Origin: Phycisphaerales bacterium
GTDB taxonomy: Bacteria; Pseudomonadota; Gammaproteobacteria; Competibacterales; Competibacteraceae
DNA: 41,265 nt
Assembly (NCBI GenBank): GCA_014879435.1
Contig: JACSSB010000220.1
Span: forward strand, 1-41,265
Direction of reading: 5' to 3'
Shown here: positions 29,421 to 40,038 of the stretch, in pieces
Layout: every line of letters starts with the position of its first letter
Position numbering within the stretch: the first letter of the stretch is position 1
Notes under the pieces: generated by a model
What the model was told of the DNA's origin: nothing
The model's database searches: none
The model's input: the letters and a program-made list of their open reading frames with translations, nothing else
Made by a program: the position numbers and the translations under genes

Positions 29421-30752
29421 CTAAAGCACGATGAGGCTAATTACATATACACTAGCTGCTGCCGCTAAACCCTGCACCAGAGTACCGACCGTTTGCAGCC
29501 GGTAACCAGTCTGTACATCCATACCTGAAAACTGGGTCACAACCCAGAAGAAACTATCGTTGGCGTGTGAGACCACCATTGCACCAGCCCCGATGACCAC
29601 CACCACCAACGCTCTGGCCGTGTCACTATCTAGCCCTAGCGAAGGCAACAGGGGAGCCACCAAACTGGCGGTAGTGATAATCGCCACCGTGGACGAACCT
29701 TGCGCGGTCTTGATCCCCGCAGCGATTACGAACGGTAGCAAGATGCCTAGCGGACTGTTGCTCAGGTTTTCGCCGATAATCTTGGCGATACCAGAGTTTT
29801 GCAGCACCTTACCGAAAGCACCGCCCGCGCCAGTAATGATGATAATGGTCGCCGCCGCCAGAATGGCTTCGCCAACCCAACCACTGCTGGACAACATGTC
29901 TCGATCCAGTTTTTTAGGCAGCAGCGTCGCCAACGCCACACCGATCAATAATGCGACCACCGGTTGACCCAGAAAACCCAGTAGCCCGATAACGGGACCA
30001 GTACCAAAGGGTTTTCCTGGCAGTTCGGCGACGGAACGTAGCACGATCAACACGATAGGCAGCATGATCGGTAACAGTGACTTGCCGATCGACGGACTGT
30101 CTTCCTGCGATGGCTCCACGATCTCGGTAGCGCTGTCCTCTGGGACATGCACGCGGGCAGCGACGAGAATTGCGAACAGCCAACCCGCAATCATTGCGAA
30201 TAGGCCGATCAGCAAACCCCACATGATGGTCAAGCCCAGATCGGCACCGACGATACCCGCCGCCGCCACCGGACCTGGCGTGGGTGGCACCATGGTATGC
30301 GTGGCGTACAACCCCAGACTGAGCGCAATGGCACAAGCAGCCAAAGCCGTACCAGACTTACGCGCCAGCGCCTTCATCAACGGCGACAGCAGCACAAAAC
30401 CAGAGTCGCAAAATACCGGGATGGAAACAACATAACCAACGCCACCCATCGCCAGCGGCACATTCTTTTCGCCTGTCAGGCGCAAGATGCTGGTGGCCAA
30501 TCGGTAAGCACCACCCGATTTTTCCAAAAAAGTACCGATGATCGAACCGGCGAGAATGACGATACCGATATAGCCGATGGTGCCTCCAAAACCATCGTTC
30601 ACCGACTTCACGACTTCAGGCAGCGGCATTCCCGACAGGATGCCGAAGCCGAATGCGGTAATCAGTAGCGCCAAGAAAGGGTGCAATTTCAGGATGGTTG
30701 TCGCTAGCACGATGAAGGCGATAGCAAGCACCAACAGAAATAATAGCCACAT
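29421..30752 (-). CDS. GntP-family permease (gluconate/sugar-acid:H+ symporter)
   Basis: KLHPFLAL, IPVFCDSGF, VPPTPGP, AQGSSTVA, SHANDSFFW. Start at ATG 30752 with GGAGG RBS. Confidence 0.92.
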   Translation of the reverse strand: MWLLFLLVLAIAFIVLATTILKLHPFLALLITAFGFGILSGMPLPEVVKSVNDGFGGTIGYIGIVILAGSIIGTFLEKSGGAYRLATSILRLTGEKNVPLAMGGVGYVVSIPVFCDSGFVLLSPLMKALARKSGTALAACAIALSLGLYATHTMVPPTPGPVAAAGIVGADLGLTIMWGLLIGLFAMIAGWLFAILVAARVHVPEDSATEIVEPSQEDSPSIGKSLLPIMLPIVLIVLRSVAELPGKPFGTGPVIGLLGFLGQPVVALLIGVALATLLPKKLDRDMLSSSGWVGEAILAAATIIIITGAGGAFGKVLQNSGIAKIIGENLSNSPLGILLPFVIAAGIKTAQGSSTVAIITTASLVAPLLPSLGLDSDTARALVVVVIGAGAMVVSHANDSFFWVVTQFSGMDVQTGYRLQTVGTLVQGLAAAASVYVISLIVL

Positions 30753-30960
30753 AGTGGTGGTTTCCTCCATTAAGGTGGGAATGAGGCGGAACTGGCCCGC
30801 CGTAAGCTCGGCAGCGGCTCGCCACAAAGGCGTGCGTCGCCTGTTCGACGATGACGGCCGGATAAAAGCCGCCAGTCGCCCTCGCTTGTGCCAGACAAAC
30901 CTACTCTGGGTACAAGCTGAGTATTGTGCGAATACCTCGTGGATGCGAGGATTTCAGCTC

Positions 30961-31671
30961 CTAGACAAGGCCGATTTCGACACGCTTATTGCGCTTACCC
31001 TCGCTACGGATACGCAATACTTTGATCCGGCCGATTTCGGCAAGATTACGAACGTGAGTACCACCACAAGGTTGTAAGTCGATGCCAGGAATTTTGAGCA
31101 GGCGTACCCGACCCGCACCGCGCGGCGGTTGCACGCTCATGGTTTTGACCAATTCGGGCTGAGCATCCAGCTCGGCATCGGTGATCCAGACCGTTTCTGT
31201 GGTCACAGCACGTTCAATCAGCGCATTGGCTTCTTGTTCGATACGTTCAGCGTCCAACAAACTCATGTCGATATCGAAATCCAACCGACCCTTGTCAGCG
31301 GCGATATTGCCACCAGTAACCGGCGCTACGACCACACAGGACAGTACATGCAGGGCGGTATGAATCCGCATATGTGCGTAGCGGCGTTCCCAGTCGAGTG
31401 TCGCTGTTACCGTATCACCTACCGCTAGTGTGGGCGCATTCGGTTCAGGTAGATGCAGCACACTGTCCGGTGCTTCACCGTGGCGCGTGTCGATCACACG
31501 CACGATCACACCATCGACTCGGTGTAACTCACCAGAGTCGCCCGCCTGTCCACCGCCGCGTGGATAAAACACAGTACGATCCAGCTCGATACCTTGTTCG
31601 GATACAGCGGTTACCTGTGCGCGGCAGGATTTTAGATAGGCGTCGTCACGAAAGAGCAGTTGGCAACTCAT
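30961..31671 (-). CDS. alaX: Alanyl-tRNA editing protein AlaX-M (trans-editing Ser/Gly-tRNA(Ala) deacylase)
   Basis: FYPRGGGQAGD, HTALH and CGGTH Zn ligands; 236 aa. Confidence 0.92.
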   Translation of the reverse strand: MSCQLLFRDDAYLKSCRAQVTAVSEQGIELDRTVFYPRGGGQAGDSGELHRVDGVIVRVIDTRHGEAPDSVLHLPEPNAPTLAVGDTVTATLDWERRYAHMRIHTALHVLSCVVVAPVTGGNIAADKGRLDFDIDMSLLDAERIEQEANALIERAVTTETVWITDAELDAQPELVKTMSVQPPRGAGRVRLLKIPGIDLQPCGGTHVRNLAEIGRIKVLRIRSEGKRNKRVEIGLV

Positions 31672-32435
31672 TCTCTTTAATATCCCTCAAGCTTGATTTT
31701 AAAAACTAAATTCCTAATGATCTCAATGAAATAATTCTATTTCATGATTTTTAACTGATGCAGCATTGAAAGAAGCTCACATGGCGATGTCGGTCAAGAG
31801 CTAGAAATGCATGATATGTATGCGGCTTATTGATGATTTGTTCAGAAGGGGGCAGAGTGCATATTTTGGCAGGTAGGACAGCGCATGCGGCGAGTTACTC
31901 CAATAGTAATGACACTATCTCTTGACATCCGAAAATAATACGTTGCTTCCGCTTGGCCTTCCTTTCGTCACTGCCCGCAAACACAAACACAAACACATAT
32001 TGATGGAGACCCTTGCCGTATCTCACACCTAATGGGATGATAGCCTCCATTGTGTTTTGGCTTTAGCTATAGTCGAGATTCTCTTACATTATATTATGGA
32101 AAGTTAAGGGAAGGCGGTGGAGGACGCAAACCTATCGAAGGCTCAAGTTCCGAACGAAGTAATCCACGACATACATAAAGGAGGGTATCGAGGCTAAAGT
32201 GGGTCGTGATGGATCACCACGTGGCATTGATGCTCCTGAAAAAGCCTGAAGATAATAGGTTGTCTTGGTCTGGATCGACTGATTCGAATCTAACACAGGC
32301 AGATGAAACCGTTAGGTTATGTTCTTCCACTTACCTAAATCGAAGAGATAACCTATTACTACCAAGTCACCAAACCTATAATGGTGACATCACTTACAAT
32401 TAAATAAGCCTTCGGGATCACCGAGGCGATTCACG

Positions 32436-32647
32436 CCGATCACGGCCGTGATTGACAGGATCAAGGGCTGCCAAAATGTCTTCATCAAAAATCCCGGCAT
32501 CAAGATTCCGTCCGACAACCAGAACGATCAGAGCAACCGCTAAGGCGGACTGAACGCGATGACCAATCGGCTCATCACTTTCCGAGGATCGGTACGCTAT
32601 GCGTGCTCCACGATCCGGCCCTCACCGATCTGGCGTCTTGGCAATAA
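32436..32647 (+). pseudogene. Decayed internal fragment of an RbsB-like (periplasmic binding protein type 1) sugar-binding protein
   Basis: Own translation: PITAVIDRIKGCQNVFIKNPGIKIPSDNQNDQSNR*GGLNAMTNRLITF, then a frameshift to PRIGTLCVLHDPALTDLASWQ*. Stop at 32541-32543. Confidence 0.65.
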
Positions 32648-33013
32648 CCGCTGCGAAATCCATAACTCACGGTGGGCAAGCCGCCGACCTCTAGCACTGA
32701 GCCCCAAAAAGCAGCTTTGCCGTCCCAATATGATCTCTATATCTGGTAGATGCCGGGGAAGGTTTCTACTGGCCAGCCCCGCATTCTTGAGAAATCTCAA
32801 TCTACCGCCTGTGCTGAATTTCAACAGACAGTGCTCGAAATTTTTGGAGGATTTGATGATAAAACCCAAATAACAGCCATAATGATTATGGAGGAAATGA
32901 TTGGCCAACGTTACATCGTTAAGTGGCTTATATTGATAACAAAATCCATGAAAGCTAAAGACTTACGCGATAACACCCTGTTGTGACCCGTAAGCCATTG
33001 TGAGGAGTAACCC

Positions 33014-34297
33014 GTGAAAACATATAAACTTGCCACTCTCTCCGTTGCCATGGCATTCGGCGCGGCACTGGTCGGTGCCAATGTAGCCCATGCCGCAACT
33101 CTCGCGATTTCCTGTGGTGCAGTCGGGCAGGAGCTGGAACTTTGTAAGACCGGCGCCGAAGCCTGGGCGAAGAAAACCGGGAACCAAATCAATCTCATTT
33201 CGACACCCAACTCGGCTACGGAGCGCTTGGCGCTGTACCAGCAATTGCTAGCGGCGGGTGCCGCTGATGTGGATGTCTTTCAGATCGACATCGTCTGGCC
33301 TGGTATTTTGAGTAATCATTTCATCGACCTCAGCGCTCAAGCCAAGGATGTCCTAAACAACTACTTCCCCGCTATCGTCAAGAACAACACAGTGGACGGC
33401 AAGCTGGTCGCCATGCCCTGGTTCACCGATGCTGGCCTGCTCTACTACCGCAAGGATTTGCTGGCCAAATACAATGTACAACCCCCCCAGACCTGGCAGG
33501 AATTGACCGATATCGCCAAAAAGATCCAGGACGGTGAGCGGGCTGCAGGCAACGATAAGATGTGGGGATTCGTCTGGCAGGGTCGGGCTTATGAGGGACT
33601 GACCTGCAACGCCATGGAATGGGTGGCCAGCTATAACGGCGGTACTATCGTCGATGAAAAAGGCAAGGTCACGATCGACAACCCTCAAGCCGCCACCGCC
33701 ATCACTGCCGCCGCCGGTTGGGTCAAGACCATCTCGCCCGAAGGCGTGCTGAACTATACCGAAGAGGAAGCCCGCGGCGTATTCCAGTCTGGTAACGCCG
33801 TATTCATGCGCAATTGGCCGTATGTCTGGTCGCTGGCGCAGGGCCCCGAAAGCGCGATTAAGGACAAAGTTGGCGTCAGCGTCTTACCCAAGGGTGGTGC
33901 GGATGGCCGTTATGCCGCTACCCTCGGTGGTTGGCAGCTTGCTGTATCCAAGTATTCGAAAAATAAGGAATTGGCCACCGATCTAGTCATGTATTTGACC
34001 AGTAGCGAAGAGCAGAAGCGTCGCGCTATCCAGGGGGCTTTCAATCCCACCATCGAAGCACTCTACAAAGATCCCGAAGTCTTGAAAGCTGCACCGTTCA
34101 TGGGCGAGTTGTATGACACCTTCGTCAATGCCATAGCACGCCCATCCACCGCCACAGGCACCAAGTACAACCAAGTCAGCAACGAGTTCTGGAATGCCGT
34201 GCATGAAGTGTTATCCGGCAGCGCCAAGGCCGATGCCAACCTAGCGAAACTAGCCAGCTCGCTGAAGCGGATGAGCCGTGGCGGACGCCAGTGGTGA
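33014..34297 (+). CDS. thuE: Trehalose/maltose/sucrose ABC transporter substrate-binding protein
   Basis: Signal peptide; CGAVGQE, WFTDAG, YEGLTCN, RNWPY, LGGWQ; GTG start with GAGGAG. Confidence 0.88.
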   Translation: MKTYKLATLSVAMAFGAALVGANVAHAATLAISCGAVGQELELCKTGAEAWAKKTGNQINLISTPNSATERLALYQQLLAAGAADVDVFQIDIVWPGILSNHFIDLSAQAKDVLNNYFPAIVKNNTVDGKLVAMPWFTDAGLLYYRKDLLAKYNVQPPQTWQELTDIAKKIQDGERAAGNDKMWGFVWQGRAYEGLTCNAMEWVASYNGGTIVDEKGKVTIDNPQAATAITAAAGWVKTISPEGVLNYTEEEARGVFQSGNAVFMRNWPYVWSLAQGPESAIKDKVGVSVLPKGGADGRYAATLGGWQLAVSKYSKNKELATDLVMYLTSSEEQKRRAIQGAFNPTIEALYKDPEVLKAAPFMGELYDTFVNAIARPSTATGTKYNQVSNEFWNAVHEVLSGSAKADANLAKLASSLKRMSRGGRQW

Positions 34298-34321
34298 ATC
34301 TAGGACCACAATAATAGCCCG

Positions 34322-34352
34322 ACGGCGGCGGCGTGACCGTTGCCGCCGCCGT
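34322..34352 (+). other. Intercistronic GC-rich hairpin after the binding-protein gene
   Basis: ACGGCGGCGGC / GCCGCCGCCGT 11-bp stem. Confidence 0.7.
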
Positions 34353-34391
34353 TCAATGGTGCTTCCTTCATAGCTTTACGAGAGGGTCAAG

Positions 34392-35372
34392 ATGGCTACC
34401 GCAGAAGCCGAAATCGCCGACGACCGCTTAGCAGGCGTGGCCGGCAACCTAACCAAAGCACAACAGTCCCAGCTCACTCGCAGCCGCGTACGAGCAGCGT
34501 GGCTGTTTCTGGCGCCCATGTTGATTCTGTTGGCGCTGGTGGCCGGCTGGCCACTGTTCCGCACCATCTGGTTCAGTTTTACCGATGCCAATCTATCCGA
34601 TCTGGGTAGCGCCAAGTTCATCGGTTTTGAAAATTACCTCACCCGCATTGACGGCGAATGGTACGGCGTACTGGCCGATGCTGAATGGTGGAATGCAGTC
34701 TGGAACACCATGAAATTTTCGATCATCTCCGTGTCCATAGAAACCGCTTTGGGGTTGATTGTTGCCCTGGTGCTCAACGCCACGTTCAAGGGACGGAGCT
34801 TGGTCCGAGCGGCGGTGCTGATTCCCTGGGCGATCCCGACTATTGTGTCCGCCAAGATGTGGGGCTGGATGATGCACGACCAGTTCGGCATCCTCAATCA
34901 CATGCTGCTCGGTTTGGGATTGATTTCCGCACCCTTGGCATGGACGGCCAGCCCTGACCTGGCGATGGTCGCGGTCATCATGGTTGACGTGTGGAAAACT
35001 ACCCCGTTCATGGCGCTGCTGATCCTAGCCGCCTTGCAGATGCTGCCTACGGATTGCTACGAGGCCGCCCGCGTCGATGGTATTCATCCCGTCAAGGTAT
35101 TTTTCAAGGTCACCCTACCGCTGATCAAGCCTGCACTGATGGTGGCGGTCATTTTCCGCTTACTGGATGCCTTGCGCATCTTCGACCTGATCTACGTGCT
35201 GACTTCCAACAGCCGAGACACCATGTCGATGTCCGTTTACGCCCGCCAACAACTGGTGGATTTCCAAGCAGTGGGCTACGGCTCAGCAGCTTCAACCTTG
35301 CTGTTCCTGACTGTGGCCTTGTGCACTGTGCTGTACATCACCTTCGGCCGCGTTCGTTTTGAAGGGAGATAA
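34392..35372 (+). CDS. thuF: Trehalose/maltose ABC transporter permease
   Basis: LIPWAIPTIVSA, DVWKTTPF, EAARVDG. Confidence 0.88.
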   Translation: MATAEAEIADDRLAGVAGNLTKAQQSQLTRSRVRAAWLFLAPMLILLALVAGWPLFRTIWFSFTDANLSDLGSAKFIGFENYLTRIDGEWYGVLADAEWWNAVWNTMKFSIISVSIETALGLIVALVLNATFKGRSLVRAAVLIPWAIPTIVSAKMWGWMMHDQFGILNHMLLGLGLISAPLAWTASPDLAMVAVIMVDVWKTTPFMALLILAALQMLPTDCYEAARVDGIHPVKVFFKVTLPLIKPALMVAVIFRLLDALRIFDLIYVLTSNSRDTMSMSVYARQQLVDFQAVGYGSAASTLLFLTVALCTVLYITFGRVRFEGR

Positions 35373-35375
35373 GCG

Positions 35376-36203
35376 ATGAAACGGCTTCTTGGTTTGATCG
35401 GGTTTTATCTGCTGGTGGCGGTCATTATTTTGTATGCGGTATTCCCGTTTTACTACGCCATCGTGACCTCGCTGAAAGCGGGTTCTGAGCTATTTAGCGT
35501 GAATTACTTCCCCATGACCTGGAACTGGGGTAACTATGTATCGGTATTTCGCGAACAGCCATTCGCGTATAACCTGCTGAATTCCGTACTAGTATCCTTT
35601 TCTGTCGTCGCACTGTCGTTGTTCTTTGGCGTAACGGCGGCGTTTGCTCTCGGGCGGGTACAATTTCGTGGGCGTGGTTTTCTGCTGCTCACCGTACTGG
35701 GCGTGTCGATGTTTCCACAGGTCGCGGTATTGTCCGGCATGTTCGAGTTGATTCGGGGCTTTGGGTTGTATAACAACCTACTGGGCCTAGTGATCTCCTA
35801 CATGATCTTTACCCTGCCGTTCACCGTGTGGGTACTGACGACCTTCATGCGTGATCTGCCCAAGGAATTGGAGGAAGCGGCCATCATGGACGGCGCTGGT
35901 CCCTGGGAGATTATCTTCAAGGTATTCTTGCCGCTGATGTGGCCAGCACTGGTCACCACGGGCTTGCTGGCCTTTATCGCCGCTTGGAATGAATTCCTGT
36001 TTGCCCTGACCTTCACCCTGACCAATGATCAGCGCACGGTACCAGTCGCCATCGCACTGATCAGTGGCGCCAGCCAGTATGAGTTGCCTTGGGGCAATAT
36101 CATGGCGGCTTCAGTGATCGTCACCTTGCCGGTGCTGGTGCTGGTACTGATCTTCCAGCGGCGCATCGTATCCGGCCTGACGGCGGGCGCAGTGAAAGGA
36201 TGA
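35376..36203 (+). CDS. thuG: Trehalose/maltose ABC transporter permease
   Basis: SMFPQVA, EEAAIMDGA, WNEFLFA, GLTAGAVKG. Confidence 0.88.
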   Translation: MKRLLGLIGFYLLVAVIILYAVFPFYYAIVTSLKAGSELFSVNYFPMTWNWGNYVSVFREQPFAYNLLNSVLVSFSVVALSLFFGVTAAFALGRVQFRGRGFLLLTVLGVSMFPQVAVLSGMFELIRGFGLYNNLLGLVISYMIFTLPFTVWVLTTFMRDLPKELEEAAIMDGAGPWEIIFKVFLPLMWPALVTTGLLAFIAAWNEFLFALTFTLTNDQRTVPVAIALISGASQYELPWGNIMAASVIVTLPVLVLVLIFQRRIVSGLTAGAVKG

Positions 36204-36405
36204 GCGTACCCAGCCTCTTTATGAGTGACAGGATGGCGTTTGACGAGGGAATGCAAGCTCCTTTTTCCCGCGAAATGTTGTTCAACCGACTTGGAAACCA
36301 CGAATGGGTTTTAGGCCAAAACCTGAAAGGCTCCAGCCCAATCGTCAACAAGCGGAACCCCTACAAGAAATAATTCACAATCACCTTATTTGGGAGTGAT
36401 TCACG

Positions 36406-37566
36406 ATGGCGGATATTCGCATGCGCAATGTTTACAAGTCCTTCAAGGACGTGCGAGTCATTGAGCGCGTTGATCTCGATATTGAGGAAGGCGAGTTTGC
36501 CGTTTTCGTCGGTCCTTCGGGTTGCGGCAAGTCCACCCTGCTGCGCTTGGTCGCCGGACTGGAGGATATCACCTCCGGCGACCTGATGATCGGCGGCAAG
36601 AAAGTCAACACCCTACCCCCTTCACAGCGCGGCGTGGCTATGGTGTTTCAATCCTATGCCCTGTACCCGCATATGACGATTTTCGACAATATGGCGTTTG
36701 GTCTGAAGCTTGCCAAACAGCAAAGTAACGACGAAATCAATGAGCGTGTACGCTGGGCGGCGAAGATCCTGCAAATCGAGCATCTGCTGGAGCGCTTGCC
36801 GAAGGAATTGTCCGGCGGACAGCGCCAGCGTGTGGCCATCGGTCGGGCCATCGTGCGCAAACCGGGTGTCTTCCTATTTGATGAGCCGCTGTCCAATCTG
36901 GATGCGGCGCTGCGCGTACAAACCCGGATCGAGATTTCCAAGCTGCATCATGATCTGGGTGCCAGCATGATCTACGTCACGCACGATCAAGTGGAAGCCA
37001 TGACCCTGGCCAACAAGATCGTGTTACTGAATGCCGGTAAGGCCATGCTGGAAGATGGCAGCATTGCCCAGATTGGGCCACCGCTGGAACTCTATCACCA
37101 TCCAGTAAATCTGTTTGTCGCTGGCTTTATCGGCTCGCCCAAGATGAATTTCCTGTCTTGCCGCTTGGCCAAGATCGAGCCAACTTACGCCACCGTAACC
37201 CTACCAGATGGTTCGACGATACGTGCTGAGGTCGATGCCACGTCTGCAAAACCCGGCGATGCGGTGACCTTGGGTATTCGCCCTGAACATGTCACGCTGG
37301 GGACCAGCACCGATAATGCCGATAACACGATTCGCGCTGAGGTCTCCTACCTTGAGCATTTGGGTGAATCCACCTTCATCTACACCCAAGTTCAGGGGGT
37401 CGAAAACCCGGTCATTCTGCGTCAGGAAGGCGATGCCCGAGCCAAAATGGGTGATCGGCTCACACTCGGCTTAGCGGCTCACCACTGCCACCTGTTCAAT
37501 GAAAAAGGGCGGGCCTTCAAACGACTGATCGGAGCTGCTGCCGAGACTCAGCCCATCATTCAATAA
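36406..37566 (+). CDS. thuK: Sugar ABC transporter ATP-binding protein (MalK/ThuK)
   Basis: GPSGCGKST, LSGGQRQR, FDEPLSNLD; GGGAG RBS. Confidence 0.88.
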   Translation: MADIRMRNVYKSFKDVRVIERVDLDIEEGEFAVFVGPSGCGKSTLLRLVAGLEDITSGDLMIGGKKVNTLPPSQRGVAMVFQSYALYPHMTIFDNMAFGLKLAKQQSNDEINERVRWAAKILQIEHLLERLPKELSGGQRQRVAIGRAIVRKPGVFLFDEPLSNLDAALRVQTRIEISKLHHDLGASMIYVTHDQVEAMTLANKIVLLNAGKAMLEDGSIAQIGPPLELYHHPVNLFVAGFIGSPKMNFLSCRLAKIEPTYATVTLPDGSTIRAEVDATSAKPGDAVTLGIRPEHVTLGTSTDNADNTIRAEVSYLEHLGESTFIYTQVQGVENPVILRQEGDARAKMGDRLTLGLAAHHCHLFNEKGRAFKRLIGAAAETQPIIQ

Positions 37567-37625
37567 CCGGATTGGATCCGACCGTGGATCGTCCCCGAAT
37601 CAATTACCCCATTCATGGACGCGCT

Positions 37626-38900
37626 ATGATGATGCACGCAACCCTATCGGCTTTATTTTTGGGCGCGCTGCTGGCAGTCTCACTCCCCGCTGCGGCGGTC
37701 GATCTGACCATTTCCTGTGGTACGGTCGGTCGAGAGCGGGAATTTTGCGAGCAGGCTACCAGCGCTTGGGCCAAGGAGACGGGCCACCATGTCACGTTGG
37801 CTACCCCTCCACAAAGAACCAATGAGCGCTTTTTTCAGTATTTATTCGATCTGGGACAAGGTGATAGCCGCATTGATGTGTACCAGATCGATATCATCTG
37901 GACCGGCTTGCTGGCCAAGCATCTCGTCGATCTGAAGCAGTACATCAGCCAAACCGACATCGAGCAGAACTTCCCGGCTATTGTGGCGAACAATACCGTC
38001 GATGGCCGTTTGGTGGGCATGCCCTGGTTCACCGATGTGGGCCTGATGTATTACCGCAAAGATCTGCTGGAAAAATATGGACTGTCTGTCCCGCAAGACT
38101 GGTCGGAATTGATCGATATCGCACTGTATATCCAAACTCAGGAGCGTAAGGCAGGCCAATCGGAGATGTGGGGCTATGTCTTCCAGGGCGCCGCCTACGA
38201 AGGATTGAGCTGTAATGCGCTGGAATGGATCGCCGCTTATGATGGCGGTACGGTGGTCGATAAAGAGGGTGCCATCACCATCGACAACCCTCAGGCGAAC
38301 ATGGCGATTGCCCGTGCAGCAAGTTGGGTCAATACGGTCGCACCGCCACAGGTAACTTCCTTTAACGAGGAAGATGCGCGCCAGATGTTTCAGTCAGGCA
38401 ACGCCGTATTCATGCGCAACTGGCCCTATGCATGGGCCATGCTCAACGCCAAGGATAGCCCGGTGGCGGCTAAGGTCGGTGCGCTGCCACTCCCTCGGGG
38501 CGGAGTCAAAGGTATTTCCGCCAGTGTCTTGGGCGGCTGGCAACTGGCCGTCTCCAAGTACTCCAAAAACCCGGAGGTGGCAGCCGATCTGGTACGCTAT
38601 CTAACCAGCGAAGCTGTCCAGAAACAGCGCGCCATCGGGGGTGCCTACCCGCCGACCATCATGCGCCTGTATGAAGATCCTGAAATCCTGGCGGCTGTTC
38701 CGTTCTTAGCCACGATGCGGCCCGCTATGGAGAGCGCGGTAGCCCGTCCTGTCCCTCAGACCGGTACCGATTACATGGCAGTAACGACCTACTTTTGGGA
38801 TGCGGTACATAATGTGCTGCAAGGGCAAGGGACAGCAGCGAGCAACTTGAAAGCACTGGAAGATCAATTACGTCACGTTAAATTCCGTGGTGGTTGGTAA
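37626..38900 (+). CDS. Second trehalose/maltose-type ABC substrate-binding protein (ThuE paralog)
   Basis: CGTVGRE, WFTDVG, YEGLSCN, RNWPY, LGGWQ; signal peptide after MMMH (start uncertain). Confidence 0.87.
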   Translation: MMMHATLSALFLGALLAVSLPAAAVDLTISCGTVGREREFCEQATSAWAKETGHHVTLATPPQRTNERFFQYLFDLGQGDSRIDVYQIDIIWTGLLAKHLVDLKQYISQTDIEQNFPAIVANNTVDGRLVGMPWFTDVGLMYYRKDLLEKYGLSVPQDWSELIDIALYIQTQERKAGQSEMWGYVFQGAAYEGLSCNALEWIAAYDGGTVVDKEGAITIDNPQANMAIARAASWVNTVAPPQVTSFNEEDARQMFQSGNAVFMRNWPYAWAMLNAKDSPVAAKVGALPLPRGGVKGISASVLGGWQLAVSKYSKNPEVAADLVRYLTSEAVQKQRAIGGAYPPTIMRLYEDPEILAAVPFLATMRPAMESAVARPVPQTGTDYMAVTTYFWDAVHNVLQGQGTAASNLKALEDQLRHVKFRGGW

Positions 38901-38939
38901 CCACGGCGATATGATTTCAGATCACTGCCGGAAAATGCC

Positions 38940-39932
38940 ATGCGCACAACGCCTGTCAGTACCCGCTACGACCGAATGACCTACAATCGCTGTGGGTACA
39001 GTGGCCTACGGTTACCCGCTATTTCTCTAGGGCTGTGGCACAACTTTGGTGAGGTCGATACCCTCACCAATGCAAGAAATATGATCTTGCGTGCCTTCGA
39101 TTTGGGTATCACCCATTTCGATCTGGCCAATAATTACGGCCCACCGCCGGGAGCAGCGGAAGAAACCTTCGGTCGCATCCTGCAAACAGATCTGAAAAAT
39201 TATCGGGATGAATTGATTATTTCCACCAAGGCCGGCCACTGGATGTGGCCGGGCCCTTACGGCGAATGGGGATCGCGCAAATATCTGATCGCCAGTCTCG
39301 ACCAAAGCTTAAAACGGATGGGATTGGATTACGTCGATATCTTCTATCATCATCGTCCTGATCCCGACACGCCTTTGGAAGAGACGATGGCCGCCTTGGA
39401 TCAGGTCGTCCGACAAGGCAAAGCCCTTTATGTCGGTATCTCATCCTACTCCGCAGAACAGACGCGGCAGGCTGCACGATTACTGCGTGAATTGGGCACG
39501 CCTTGCCTGATTCACCAGCCGCTCTACAACATGTTTGATCGCTGGATCGAGCGAGATTTACTCGATGTGCTCACCACAGAAAAGATCGGCTGCATCGTTT
39601 TCTCTCCTCTAGCGCAAGGCTTACTCACCACGAAGTACCTCGATGGTTTACCCAACGATTCACGGGCAGCGAAGGCACACGGTTTCCTGCAAACCGGTGA
39701 CATCACCCCGGAAAGAGTCGCAAAGGCACGAAAGCTAAATAGCGTGGCCCAGCAACGAGGGCAAACCCTGGCACAGATGGCTTTGAGTTGGGTGCTACGC
39801 CATGCAGGAGTCACCTCTGCCCTGATTGGTGCCAGCCGAGTGGGGCAGATCGAAGATGGTGTGGCCGCTTTGCAGAAGCTGTCATTTCAGACCGAAGAAC
39901 TTCAGGCCATCGAAACGATACTGGCCTCCTGA
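38940..39932 (+). CDS. gpr: Aldo/keto reductase, L-glyceraldehyde-3-phosphate reductase (YghZ/Gpr) family
   Basis: SLGLWHNFG, FDLANNYGPPPG, STKAG, YHHRPD, SPLAQGLLT. Confidence 0.88.
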   Translation: MRTTPVSTRYDRMTYNRCGYSGLRLPAISLGLWHNFGEVDTLTNARNMILRAFDLGITHFDLANNYGPPPGAAEETFGRILQTDLKNYRDELIISTKAGHWMWPGPYGEWGSRKYLIASLDQSLKRMGLDYVDIFYHHRPDPDTPLEETMAALDQVVRQGKALYVGISSYSAEQTRQAARLLRELGTPCLIHQPLYNMFDRWIERDLLDVLTTEKIGCIVFSPLAQGLLTTKYLDGLPNDSRAAKAHGFLQTGDITPERVAKARKLNSVAQQRGQTLAQMALSWVLRHAGVTSALIGASRVGQIEDGVAALQKLSFQTEELQAIETILAS

Positions 39933-40038
39933 TTGCAAGAAGGAGATCGTGTACTTCACCGCAATGCGGTATCTGGATCGGTGAAGCGGCTTGGAGTGTA
40001 AAACGGCACTGTTTTGGTGCTAACGGTCGGTGCGCTAT

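Noticed and set aside
31977-31998. Short (CAAACA)n-like microsatellite
   Set aside because: Only about three units, intergenic, with no evident link to a promoter or ORF.
32206-32986. Small ORFs 32206-32403, 32559-32873, 32597-32908 and 32750-32986
   Set aside because: No recognisable protein features; the start of 32559-32873 is just part of the pseudogene relic.
37020-37075. Short insertion (NAGKAMLEDG) in the ThuK/MalK ATPase
   Set aside because: I recall similar inserts in other proteobacterial MalK-like proteins, so it is not distinctive.
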